From assembly GCA_964057225.1 (NCBI GenBank), contig OZ059900.1, positions 20,894,001-20,958,000 of the forward strand: a DNA stretch of 64,000 nt. Direction: 5' to 3'. The position numbers and the translations under genes were made by a program. The notes beneath the pieces were generated by a model. The model was not told where the DNA came from, made no database searches, and was given only the letters and a program-made list of their open reading frames with translations. Source of the DNA: Auanema rhodensis (lineage: Eukaryota > Animalia > Nematoda). Positions 12,201 through 25,700 of the stretch are shown here, piece after piece (positions within the stretch are counted from its first letter, which is position 1; each line of letters begins with the position of its first letter).

Positions 12201-15200
12201 AATGCTTCATTTTAGTATGTAACACGCTGAAATTCGTTGCATTTGACGACTCATATGAACAAAAATCGATTTAATCAATATTAGCCATAAGAGGCGTGCC
12301 CTCAGAATATGCTAATTTCCTTAATTTTCTAACCCCTGTTTTTTTGTCGTGAAAGTGGAACTAGACGTTGTAGGAACAATTTTGAGCTAGGTTTCATTGA
12401 CATTGCATGAGTTTGAACACATGAAATCGTAAGTCAAAAACTTGTTTACAGCGAAATTTCCAAAAACTGGTTTTCCAGCATAATAAAATATTTCTCATGG
12501 GAAATACTGTGTTTTTGTATTTTTCTAGTGTTCAGCATGTGAAATGCTTCATTTTAGTATGTAACACGCTGAAATTCGTTGCATTTGACGACTCATATGA
12601 ACAAAAATCGATTTAATCAATATTAGCCATAAGGGGCGTGCCCTCAGAATATGCTAATTTCCTTAATTTTCTAACCCCTGTTTTTTTGTCGTGAAAGTGG
12701 GACTAGACGTTGTAGGAACAATTTTGAGCTAGGTTTCATTGACATTGCATGAGTTTGAACACATGAAATCGTAAGTCAAAACCTTGTTTACAGCGAAATT
12801 TCCAAAAACTGGTTTTCCAGCATAATAAAATATTTCTCATGGGAAATACTGTGTTTTTGTATTTTTCTAGTGTTCAGCATGTAAAATGCTTCATTTTAGT
12901 ATGTAACACGCTGAAATTCGTTGCATTTGACGACTCATATGAACAAAAATCGATTTAATCAATATTAGCCATAAGGGGCGTGCCCTCAGAATATGCTAAT
13001 TTCCTTAATTTTCTAACCCCTGTTTTTTTTGTCGTGAAAGTGGAACTAGACGTTGTAGGAACAATTTTGAGCTAGGTTTCATTGACATTGCATGAGTTTG
13101 AACACATGAAATCGTAAGTCAAAACCTTGTTTACAGCGAAATTTCCAAAAACTGGTTTTCCAGCATAATAAAATATTTCTCATGGGAAATACTGTGTTTT
13201 TGTATTTTTATAGTGTTCAGCATGTAGAATGCTTCATTTTAGTATGTAACACGCTGAAATTAATTGCATTTGACGACTCATATGAACAAAAATCGATTTA
13301 ATCAATATTAGCCATAAGGGGCGTGCCCTCAGATTATGCTAATTTCCTTAATTTTCTAACCCCTGTTTTGTTGTCGTGAAAGTGGAACTAGACGTTGTAG
13401 GAACAATTTTGAGCTAGGTTTCATTGACATTGCATGAGTTTGAACACATGAAATCGTAAGTCAAAACCTTGTTTACAGCGAAATTTCCAAAAACTGGTTT
13501 TCCAGCATAATAAAATATTTCTCATGGGAAATACTGTGTTTTTGTATTTTTATAGTGTTCAGCATGTAAAATGTTTCATTTTAGTATGTAACACGCTGAA
13601 ATTCGTTGCATTTGACGACTCATATGAACAAAAATCGATTTAATCAATATAAGCCATAAAGGGCGTGCCCTCAGAATCTGCTAATTTCCTTAATTTTCTA
13701 ACCCCTGTTTTTTTGTCGTGAAAGTGGAACTAGACGTTGTAGGAACAATTTTGAGCTAGATTTCATTGACATTGCATGAGTTTGAACACATGAAATCGTA
13801 AGTCAAAACCTTGTTTACAGCGAAATTTCCAAAAACTCGTTTTCCAGCATAATAAAATATTTCTCATGGGAAATACTGTGTTTTTGTATTTTTTTAGTGT
13901 TCAGCATGTAAAATGCTTCATTTTAGTATGTGACACGCTGAAATTAATTGCATTTGACGACTCATATGAACAAAAATCGATTTAATCAATATTAGCCATA
14001 AGGGGCGTGCCCTCAGATTATGCTAATTTCCTCAATTTTCTAACCCCTGTTTTTTTGTCGTGAAAGTGGAACTAGACGTTGTACGAACAATTTTGAGCTA
14101 GGTTTCATTGACATTGCATGAGTTTGAACACATGAAATCGTAAGTCAAAACCTTGTTTACAGCGAAATTTCCAAAAACTGGTTTTCCAGCATAATAAAAT
14201 ATTTCTCATGGGAAATACTGTGTTTTTGTATTTTTCTAGTGTTCAGCATGTGAAATGCTTCATTTTAGTATGTAACACGCTGAAATTCGTTGCATTTGAC
14301 GACTCATATGAACAAAAATCGATTTAATCAATATTAGCCATAAGGGGCGTGCCCTCAGAATATGCTAATTTCCTTAATTTTCTAACCCCTGTTTTGTTGT
14401 CGTGAAAGTGGAACTAGACGTTGTAGGAACAATTTTGAGCTAGGTTTCATTGACATTGCATGAGTTTGAACACATGAAATCGTAAGTCAAAACCTTGTTT
14501 ACAGCGAAATTTCCAAAAACTGGTTTTCCAGCATAATAAAATATTTCTCATGGGAAATACTGTGTTTTTGTATTTTTCTAGTGTTCAGCATGTAAAATGC
14601 TTCATTTTAGTATGTAACACGCTGAAATTCGTTGCATTTGACGACTCATATGAACAAAAATCGATTTAATCAATATTAGCCATAAGGGGCGTGCCCTCAG
14701 AATATGCTAATTTCCTTAATTTTCTAACCCCTGTTTTTTTTGTCGTGAAAGTGGAACTAGACGTTGTAGGAACAATTTTGAGCTAGGTTTCATTGACATT
14801 GCATGAGTTTGAACACATGAAATCGTAAGTCAAAACCTTGTTTACAGCGAAATTTCCAAAAACTGGTTTTCCAGCATAATAAAATATTTCTCATGGGAAA
14901 TACTGTGTTTTTGTATTTTTATAGTGTTCAGCATGTAAAATGCTTCATTTTAGTATGTAACACGCTGAAATTCGTTGCATTTGACGACTCATATGAACAA
15001 AAATCGATTTAATCAATATTAGCCATAAGAGGCGTGCCCTCAGAATATGCTAATTTCCTTAATTTTCTAACCCCTGTTTTTTGTCGTGAAAGTGGAACTA
15101 GACGTTGTAGGAACAATTTTGAGCTAGGTTTCATTGACATTGCATGAGTTTGAACACATGAAATCGTAAGTCAAAACCTTGTTTACAGCGAAATTTCCAA

Positions 15201-15395
15201 AAACTGGTTTTCCAGCATAATAAAATATTTCTCATGGGAAATACTGTGTTTTTGTATTTTTATAGTGTTCAGCATGTAAAATGCTTCATTTTAGTATGTA
15301 ACACGCTGAAATTCGTTGCATTTGACGACTCATATGAACAAAAATCGATTTAATCAATATTAGCCATAAGAGGCGTGCCCTCAGAATATGCTAAT
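9238..15395 (+). repeat. Tandem 9-monomer duplication (period 3079 bp)
   Basis: 9238-12316 and 12317-15395 share the ordered series AAAAACTT+TGTGA, GGGACT, A, B, C, D, TTTTGTT, T8+AGAGG, T6+AGAGG. I saw only about two differences. Confidence 0.92.
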
Positions 15396-16534
15396 TTCCT
15401 TAATTTTCTAACCCCTGTTTTTTTGTCGTGAAAGTGGAACTAGACGTTGTAGGAACAATTTTGAGCTAGGTTTCATTGACATTGCATGAGTTTGAACACA
15501 TGAAATCGTAAGTCAAACCTTGTTTACAGCGAAATTTCCAAAACCTGGTTTTCCAGCATAATAAAATATTTCTCATGGGAAATACTGTGTTTTTGTATTT
15601 TTCTAGTGTTCAGCATGTAAAATGCTTCATTTTAGTATGTAACACGCTGAAATTCGTTGCATTTGACGACTCATATGAACAAAAATCGATTTAATCAATA
15701 TTAGCCATAAAGGGCGTGCCCTCAGAATATGCTAATTTCCTTAATTTTCTAACCCCTGTTTTTTTGTCGTGAAAGTGGAACTAGACGTTGTACGAACAAT
15801 TTTGAGCTAGGTTTCATTGACATTGCATGAGTTTGAACACATGAAATCGTAAGTCAAAACCTTGTTTACAGCGAAAATTCCAAAAACTGGTTTTCCAGCA
15901 TAATAAAATATTTCTCATGGGAAATACTGTGTTTTTGTATTTTTCTAGTGTTCAGCATGTAAAATGCTTCATTTTAGTATGTAACACGCTGAAATTCGTT
16001 GCATTTGACGACTCATATGAACAAAAATCGATTTAATCAATATTAGCCATAAGGGGCGTGCCCTCAGAATATGCTAATTTCCTTAATTTTCTAACCCCTG
16101 TTTTTTTGTCGTGAAAGTGGAACTAGACGTTGTACGAACAATTTTGAGCTAGGTTTCATTGACATTGCATGAGTTTGAACACATGAAATCGTAAGTCAAA
16201 ACCTTGTTTACAGCGAAAATTCCAAAAACTGGTTTTCCAGCATAATAAAATATTTCTCATGGGAAATACTGTGTTTTTGTATTTTTCTAGTGTTCAGCAT
16301 GTAAAATACTTCATTTTAGTATGTAACACGCTGAAATTCGTTGCATTTGACGACTCATATGAACAAAAATCGATTTAATCAATATTAGCCATAAGGGGCG
16401 TGCCCTCAGAATATGCTAATTTCCTAAATTTTCTAACCCCTGTTTTTTTGTCGTGAAAGTGGAACCAGACGTTGTACGAACAATTTTGAGCTAGGTTTCA
16501 TTGACATTGCATGAGTTTGAACACATGAAATCGT

Positions 16535-16720
16535 ATGTCAAAACCTTGTTTACAGCGAAATTTCCAAAAACTGGTTTTCCAGCATAATAAAATATTTCTC
16601 ATGGGAAATACTGTGTTTTTGTATTTTTCTAGTGTTCAGCATGTAAAATGCTTCATTTTAGTATGTAACACGCTGAAATTCGTTGCATTTGACGACTCAT
16701 ATGAACAAAAATCGATTTAA
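16535..16720 (+). other. Incidental 61-codon ORF inside a satellite monomer, probably non-coding
   Basis: The ATG is created by A>T at 16536 (consensus CGTAAG, here CGTATG). The rest is the ordinary monomer, with no recognisable protein motif. Confidence 0.85.
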
Positions 16721-19700
16721 TCAATATTAGCCATAAGGGGCGTGCCCTCAGAATATGCTAATTTCCTTAATTTTCTAACCCCTGTTTTTTTGTCGTGAAA
16801 GTGGAACTAGACGTTGTACGAACAATTTTGAGCTAGGTTTCATTGACATTGCATGAGTTTGAACACATGAAATCGTAAGTCAAAACCTTGTTTACAGCGA
16901 AAATTCCAAAAACTGGTTTTCCAGCATAATAAAATATTTCTCATGGGAAATACTGTGTTTTTGTATTTTTCTAGTGTTCAGCATGTAAAATGCTTCATTT
17001 CAGTATGTAACACGCTGAAATTCGTTGCATTTGACTACTCATATGAACAAAAATCGATTTAATCAATATTAGCCATAAGGGGCGTGCCCTCAGAATATGC
17101 TAATTTCCTTAATTTTCTAACCCCTGTTTTTTTGTCGTGAAAGTGGAACTAGACGTTGTACAAACAATTTTGAGCTAGGTTTCATTGACATTGCATGAGT
17201 TTGAACACATGAAATCGTAAGTCAAAACCTTGTTTACAGCGAAATTTCCAAAAACTGGTTTTCCAGCATAATAAAATATTTCTCATGAGAAATACTGTGT
17301 TTTTGTATTTTTCTAGTGTTCAGCATGTAAAATGCTTCATTTTAGTATGTAACACGATGAAATTCGTTGCATTTGACGACTCATATGAACAAAAATCGAT
17401 TTAATCAATATTAGCCATAAGGGGCGTGCCCTCAGAATATGCTGATTTCATTAATTTTCTAACCCCCGTTTTTTTGTCGTGAAAGTGGAACTAGACGTTG
17501 AAGGAACAATTTTGAGCTAGGTTTCATTGACATTGCATGAGTTTGAACACATGAAATCGTAAGTCAAAACCTTGTTTACAGCGAAATTTCCAAAAACTGG
17601 TTTTCCAGCATAATAAAATATTTCTCATGGGAAATACTGTGTTTTTGTATTTTTCTACTGTTCAGCATGTAAAATGTTTCATTTTAGTATTTAACACGCT
17701 GAAATTCGTTGCATTTGACGACTCATATGAACAAAAATCGATTTAATCAATATTAGCCATAAGGGGCGTGCCCTCAGAATATGCTAATTTCCTTAATTTT
17801 CTAACCCCTGTTTTTTTGTCGTGAAAGTGGAAACAGACGTTGTACAAACAATTTTGAGCTAGGTTTCATTGACATTGCATGAGTTTGAACACATGAAATC
17901 GTAAGTCAAAACCTTGTTTACAGCGAAATTTCCAAAAACTGGTTTTCCAGCATAATAAAATATTTCTCATGGGAAATACTGTGTTTTTGTATTTTTCTAG
18001 TGTTCAGCATGTAAAATGCTTCATTTTAGTATGTAACACGCTGAAATTCGTTGCATTTGACGACTCATATGAACAAAAATCGATTTAACCAATATTAGCC
18101 ATAAGGGGCGTGCCCTCAGAATATGCTAATTTCCTTAATTTTCTAACCCCTGTTTTTTTGTCGTGAAAGTGGAAACAGACGTTGTAGGAACAATTTTGAG
18201 CTAGGTTTCATTGACATTGCATGAGTTTGAACACATGAAATCGTAAGTCAAAACCTTGTTTACAGCGAAATTTCCAAAAACTGGTTTTCCAGCATAATAA
18301 AATATTTCTCATGAGAAATACTGTGTTTTTGTATTTTTCTAGTGTTCAGCATGTAAAATGCTTCATTTTAGTATGTAACACGATGAAATTCGTTGCATTT
18401 GACGACTCATATGAACAAAAATCGATTTAATCAATATTAGCCATAAGGGGCGTGCCCTCAGAATATGCTAATTTCATTAATTTTCTAACCCCTGTTTTTT
18501 TGTCGTGAAAGTGGAACTAGACGTTGTAGGAACAATTTTGAGCTAGGTTTCATTGACATTGCATGAGTTTGAACACATGAAATCGTAAGTCAAAACCTTG
18601 TTTACAGCGAAATTTCCAAAAACTGGTTTTCCAGCATAATAAAATATTTCTCATGGGAAATACTGTGTTTTTGTATTTTTCTAGTGTTCAGCATGTAAAA
18701 TGCTTCATTTTAGTATGTAACACGCTGAAATTCGTTGCATTTGACGACTCATATGAACAAAAATCGATTTAATCAATATTAGCCATAAGGGGCGTGCCCT
18801 TAGAATATGCTAATTTCCTTAATTTTCTAACCCCGGTTTTTTTGTCGTGAAAGTGGAATTAGACGTTGTAGGAACAATTTTGAGCTAGGTTTCATTGACA
18901 TTGCATGAGTTTGAACACATGAAATCGTAAGTCAAACCTTGTTTACAGCGAAATTTCCAAAAACTGGTTTTCCAGCATAATAAAATATTTCTCATGGGAA
19001 ATACTGTGTTTTTGTATTTTTCTAGTGTTCAGCATGTAAAATGCTTCATTTTAGTATGTAACACGCTGAAATTCGTTGCATTTGACTACTCATATGAACA
19101 AAAATCGATTTAATCAATATTAGCCATAAGGGGCGTGCCCTCAGAATATGCTAATTTCCTTAATTTTCTAACCCCTGTTTTTTTGTCGTGAAAGTGGAAC
19201 TAGACGTTGTACAAACAATTTTGAGCTAGGTTTCATTGACATTGCATGAGTTTGAACACATGAAATCGTAAGTCAAAACCTTGTTTACAGCGAAATTTCC
19301 AAAAACTGGTTTTCCAGCATAATAAAATATTTCTCATGAGAAATACTGTGTTTTTGTATTTTTCTAGTGTTCAGCATGTAAAATGCTTCATTTTAGTATG
19401 TAACACGATGAAATTCGTTGCATTTGACGACTCATATGAACAAAAATCGATTTAATCAATATTAGCCATAAGGGGCGTGCCCTCAGAATATGCTAATTTC
19501 ATTAATTTTCTAACCCCTGTTTTTTTGTCGTGAAAGTGGAACTAGACGTTGTAGGAACAATTTTGAGCTAGGTTTCATTGACATTGCATGAGTTTGAACA
19601 CATGAAATCGTAAGTCAAAACCTTGTTTACAGCGAAATTTCCAAAAACTGGTTTTCCAGCATAATAAAATATTTCTCATGGGAAATACTGTGTTTTTGTA

Positions 19701-22700
19701 TTTTTCTAGTGTTCAGCATGTAAAATGCTTCATTTTAGTATGTAACACGCTGAAATTCGTTGCATTTGACGACTCATATGAACAAAAATCGATTTAATCA
19801 ATATTAGCCATAAGGGGCGTGCCCTCAGAATATGCTAATTTCCTTAATTTTCTAACCCCTGTTTTTTTGTCGTGAAAGTGGAACTAGACGTTGTACAAAC
19901 AATTTTGAGCTAGGTTTCATTGACATTGCATGAGTTTGAACACATGAAATCGTAAGTCAAAACCTTGTTTACAGCGAAATTTCCAAAAACTGGTTTTCCA
20001 GCATAATAAAATATTTCTCATGAGAAATACTGTGTTTTTGTATTTTTCTAGTGTTCAGCATGTAAAATGCTTCATTTTAGTATGTAACACGCTGAAATTC
20101 GTTGCATTTGACGACTCATATGAACAAAAATCGATTTAATCAATATTAGCCATAAGGGGCGTGCCCTCAGAATATGCTAATTTCCTTAATTTTCTAACCC
20201 CTGTTTTTTTGTCGTGAAAGTGGAACTAGACGTTGTAGGAACAATTTTGAGCTAGGTTTCATTGACATTGCATGAGTTTGAACACATGAAATCGTAAGTC
20301 AAAACCTTGTTTACAGCGAAATTTCCAAAAACTGGTTTTCCAGCATAATAAAATATTTCTCATGGGAAATACTGTGTTTTTGTATTTTTCTAGTGTTCAG
20401 CATGTGAAATGCTTCATTTTAGTATGTAACACGCTGAAATTCGTTGCATTTGACGACTCATATGAACAAAAATCGATTTAATCAATATTAGCCATAAGGG
20501 GCGTGCCCTCAGAATATGCTAATTTCCTTAATTTTCTAACCCCTGTTTTTTTGTCGTGAAAGTGGAAACAGACGTTGTAGGAACAATTTTGAGCTAGGTT
20601 TCATTGACATTGCATGAGTTTGAACACATGAAATCGTAAGTCAAAACCTTGTTTACAGCGAAATTTCCAAAAACTGGTTTTCCAGCATAATAAAATATTT
20701 CTCATGAGAAATACTGTGTTTTTGTATTTTTCTAGTGTTCAGCATGTAAAATGCTTCATTTTAGTATGTAACACGATGAAATTCGTTGCATTTGACGACT
20801 CATATGAACAAAAATCGATTTAATCAATATTAGCCATAAGGGGCGTGCCCTCAGAATATGCTAATTTCATTAATTTTCTAACCCCTGTTTTTTTGTCGTG
20901 AAAGTGGAACTAGACGTTGTAGGAACAATTTTGAGCTAGGTTTCATTGACATTGCATGAGTTTGAACACATGAAATCGTAAGTCAAAACCTTGTTTACAG
21001 CGAAATTTCCAAAAACTGGTTTTCCAGCATAATAAAATATTTCTCATGGGAAATACTGTGTTTTTGTATTTTTCTAGTGTTCAGCATGTAAAATGCTTCA
21101 TTTTAGTATGTAACACGCTGAAATTCGTTGCATTTGACGACTCATATGAACAAAAATCGATTTAATCAATATTAGCCATAAGGGGCGTGCCCTCAGAATA
21201 TGCTAATTTCCTTAATTTTCTAACCCCTGTTTTTTTGTCGTGAAAGTGGAACTAGACGTTGTAGGAACAATTTTGAGCTAGGTTTCATTGACATTGCATG
21301 AGTTTGAACACATGAAATCGTAAGTCAAAACCTTGTTTACAGCGAAATTTCCAAAAACTGGTTTTCCAGCATAATAAAATATTTCTCATGGGAAATACTG
21401 TGTTTTTGTATTTTTCTAGTGTTCAGCATGTGAAATGCTTCATTTTAGTATGTAACACGCTGAAATTCGTTGCATTTGACGACTCATATGAACAAAAATC
21501 GATTTAATCAATATTAGCCATAAGGGGCGTGCCCTCAGAATATGCTAATTTCCTTAATTTTCTAACCCCTGTTTTTTTGTCGTGAAAGTGGAACTAGACG
21601 TTGTACAAACAATTTTGAGCTAGGTTTCATTGACATTGCATGAGTTTGAACACATGAAATCGTAAGTCAAAACCTTGTTTACAGCGAAATTTCCAAAAAC
21701 TGGTTTTCCAGCATAATAAAATATTTCTCATGGGAAATACTGTGTTTTTGTATTTTTCTAGTGTTCAGCATGTAAAATGCTTCATTTTAGTATGTAACAC
21801 GCTGAAATTCGTTGCATTTGACTACTCATATGAACAAAAATCGATTTAATCAATATTAGCCATAAGGGGCGTGCCCTCAGAATATGCTAATTTCCTTAAT
21901 TTTCTAACCCCTGTTTTTTTGTCGTGAAAGTGGAACTAGACGTTGTACAAACAATTTTGAGCTAGGTTTCATTGACATTGCATGACTTTGAACACATGAA
22001 ATCGTAAGTCAAAACCTTGTTTACAGCGAAATTTCCAAAAACTGGTTTTCCAGCATAATAAAATATTTCTCATGAGAAATACTGTGTTTTTGTATTTTTC
22101 TAGTGTTCAGCATGTAAAATGCTTCATTTTAGTATGTAACACGCTGAAATTCGTTGCATTTGACGACTCATATGAACAAAAATCGATTTAATCAATATTA
22201 GCCATAAGGGGCGTGCCCTCAGAATATGCTAATTTCCTTAATTTTCTAACCCCGGTTTTTTTGTCGTGAAAGTGGAACTAGACGTTGTAGAAACAATTTT
22301 GAGCTAGGTTTCATTGACATTGCATGAGTTTGAACACATGAAATCGTAAGTCAAAACCTTGTTTACAGCGAAATTTCCAAAAACTGGTTTTCCAGCATAA
22401 TAAAATATTTCTCATGGGAAATACTGTGTTTTTGTATTTTTCTAGTGTTCAGCATGTAAAATGCTTCATTTTAGTATGTAACACGCTGAAATTCGTTGCA
22501 TTTGACTACTCATATGAACAAAAATCGATTTAATCAATATTAGCCATAAGGGGCGTGCCCTCAGAATATGCTAATTTCCTTAATTTTCTAACCCCTGTTT
22601 TTTTGTCGTGAAAGTGGAATTAGACGTTGTAGGAACAATTTTGAGCTAGGTTTCATTGACATTGCATGAGTTTGAACACATGAAATCGTAAGTCAAAACC

Positions 22701-25700
22701 TTGTTTACAGCGAAATTTCCAAAAACTGGTTTTCCAGCATAATAAAATATTTCTCATGGGAAATACTGTGTTTTTGTATTTTTCTAGTGTTCAGCATGTA
22801 AAATGCTTCATTTTAGTATGTAACACGCTGAAATTCGTTGCATTTGACTACTCATATGAACAAAAATCGATTTAATCAATATTAGCCATAAGGGGCGTGC
22901 CCTCAGAATATGCTAATTTCCTTAATTTTCTAACCCCTGTTTTTTTGTCGTGAAAGTGGAACTAGACGTTGTACAAACAATTTTGAGCTAGGTTTCATTG
23001 ACATTGCATGACTTTGAACACATGAAATCGTAAGTCAAAACCTTGTTTACAGCGAAATTTCCAAAAACTGGTTTTCCGGCATAATAAAATATTTCTCATG
23101 AGAAATACTGTGTTTTTGTATTTTTCTAGTGTTCAGCATGTAAAATGCTTCATTTTAGTATGTAACACGCTGAAATTCGTTGCATTTGACGACTCATATG
23201 AACAAAAATCGATTTAATCAATATTAGCCATAAGGGGCGTGCCCTCAGAATATGCTAATTTCCTTAATTTTCTAACCCCGGTTTTTTTGTCGTGAAAGTG
23301 GAACTAGACGTTGTAGGAACAATTTTGAGCTAGGTTTCATTGACATTGCATGAGTTTGAACACATGAAATCGTAAGTCAAAACCTTGTTTACAGCGAAAT
23401 TTCCAAAAACTGGTTTTCCAGCATAATAAAATATTTCTCATGGGAAATACTGTGTTTTTGTATTTTTCTAGTGTTCAGCATGTAAAATGCTTCATTTTAG
23501 TATGTAACACGCTGAAATTCGTTGCATTTGACTACTCATATGAACAAAAATCGATTTAATCAATATTAGCCATAAGGGGCGTGCCCTCAGAATATGCTAA
23601 TTTCCTTAATTTTCTAACCCCTGTTTTTTTGTCGTGAAAGTGGAACTAGACGTTGTAGGAACAATTTTGAGCTAGGTTTCATTGACATTGCATGAGTTTG
23701 AACACATGAAATCGTAAGTCAAAACCTTGTTTACAGCGAAATTTCCAAAAACTGGTTTTCCAGCATAATAAAATATTTCTCATGGGAAATACTGTGTTTT
23801 TGTATTTTTCTAGTGTTCAGCATGTGAAATGCTTCATTTTAGTATGTAACACGCTGAAATTCGTTGCATTTGACTACTCATATGAACAAAAATCGATTTA
23901 ATCAATATTAGCCATAAGGGGCGTGCCCTCAGAATATGCTAATTTCCTTAATTTTCTAACCCCTGTTTTTTTGTCGTGAAAGTGGAACTAGACGTTGTAG
24001 GAACAATTTTGAGCTAGGTTTCATTGACATTGCATGAGTTTGAACACATGAAATCGTAAGTCAAAACCTTGTTTACAGCGAAATTTCCAAAAACTGGTTT
24101 TCCAGCATAATAAAATATTTCTCATGGGAAATACTGTGTTTTTGTATTTTTCTAGTGTTCAGCATGTGAAATGCTTCATTTTAGTATGTAACACGCTGAA
24201 ATTCGTTGCATTTGACGACTCATATGAACAAAAATCGATTTAATCAATATTAGCCATAAGGGGCGTGCCCTCAGAATATGCTAATTTCCTTAATTTTCTA
24301 ACCCCGGTTTTTTTGTCGTGAAAGTGGAATTAGACGTTGTAGGAACAATTTTGAGCTAGGTTTCATTGACATTGCATGAGTTTGAACACATGAAATCGTA
24401 AGTCAAAACCTTGTTTACAGCGAAATTTCCAAAAACTGGTTTTCCAGCATAATAAAATATTTCTCATGGGAAATACTGTGTTTTTGTATTTTTCTAGTGT
24501 TCAGCATGTAAAATGTTTCATTTTAGTATGTAACACGCTGAAATTCGTTGCATTTGACGACTCATATGAACAAAAATCGATTTAATCAATATTAGCCATA
24601 AGGGGCGTGCCCTCAGAATATGCTAATTTCCTTAATTTTCTAACCCCTGTTTTTTTGTCGTGAAAGTGGAACTAGACGTTGTAGGAACAATTTTGAGCTA
24701 GGTTTCATTGACATTGCATGAGTTTGAACACATGAAATCGTAAGTCAAAACCTTGTTTACAGCGAAATTTCCAAAAACTGGTTTTCCAGCATAATAAAAT
24801 ATTTCTCATGGGAAATACTGTGTTTTTGTATTTTTCTAGTGTTCAGCATGTAAAATGCTTCATTTTAGTATGTAACACGCTGAAATTCGTTGCATTTGAC
24901 TACTCATATGAACAAAAATCGATTTAATCAATATTAGCCATAAGGGGCGTGCCCTCAGAATATGCTAATTTCCTTAATTTTCTAACCCCTGTTTTTTTGT
25001 CGTGAAAGTGGAACTAGACGTTGTAGGAACAATTTTGAGCTAGGTTTCATTGACATTGCATGAGTTTGAACACATGAAATCGTAAGTCAAAACCTTGTTT
25101 ACAGCGAAATTTCCAAAAACTGGTTTTCCAGCATAATAAAATATTTCTCATGGGAAATACTGTGTTTTTGTATTTTTCTAGTGTTCAGCATGTGAAATGC
25201 TTCATTTTAGTATGTAACACGCTGAAATTCGTTGCATTTGACGACTCATATGAACAAAAATCGATTTAATCAATATTAGCCATAAGGGGCGTGCCCTCAG
25301 AATATGCTAATTTCCTTAATTTTCTAACCCCGGTTTTTTTGTCGTGAAAGTGGAATTAGACGTTGTAGGAACAATTTTGAGCTAGGTTTCATTGACATTG
25401 CATGAGTTTGAACACATGAAATCGTAAGTCAAAACCTTGTTTACAGCGAAATTTCCAAAAACTGGTTTTCCAGCATAATAAAATATTTCTCATGGGAAAT
25501 ACTGTGTTTTTGTATTTTTCTAGTGTTCAGCATGTAAAATGTTTCATTTTAGTATGTAACACGCTGAAATTCGTTGCATTTGACGACTCATATGAACAAA
25601 AATCGATTTAATCAATATTAGCCATAAGGGGCGTGCCCTCAGAATATGCTAATTTCCTTAATTTTCTAACCCCTGTTTTTTTGTCGTGAAAGTGGAACTA

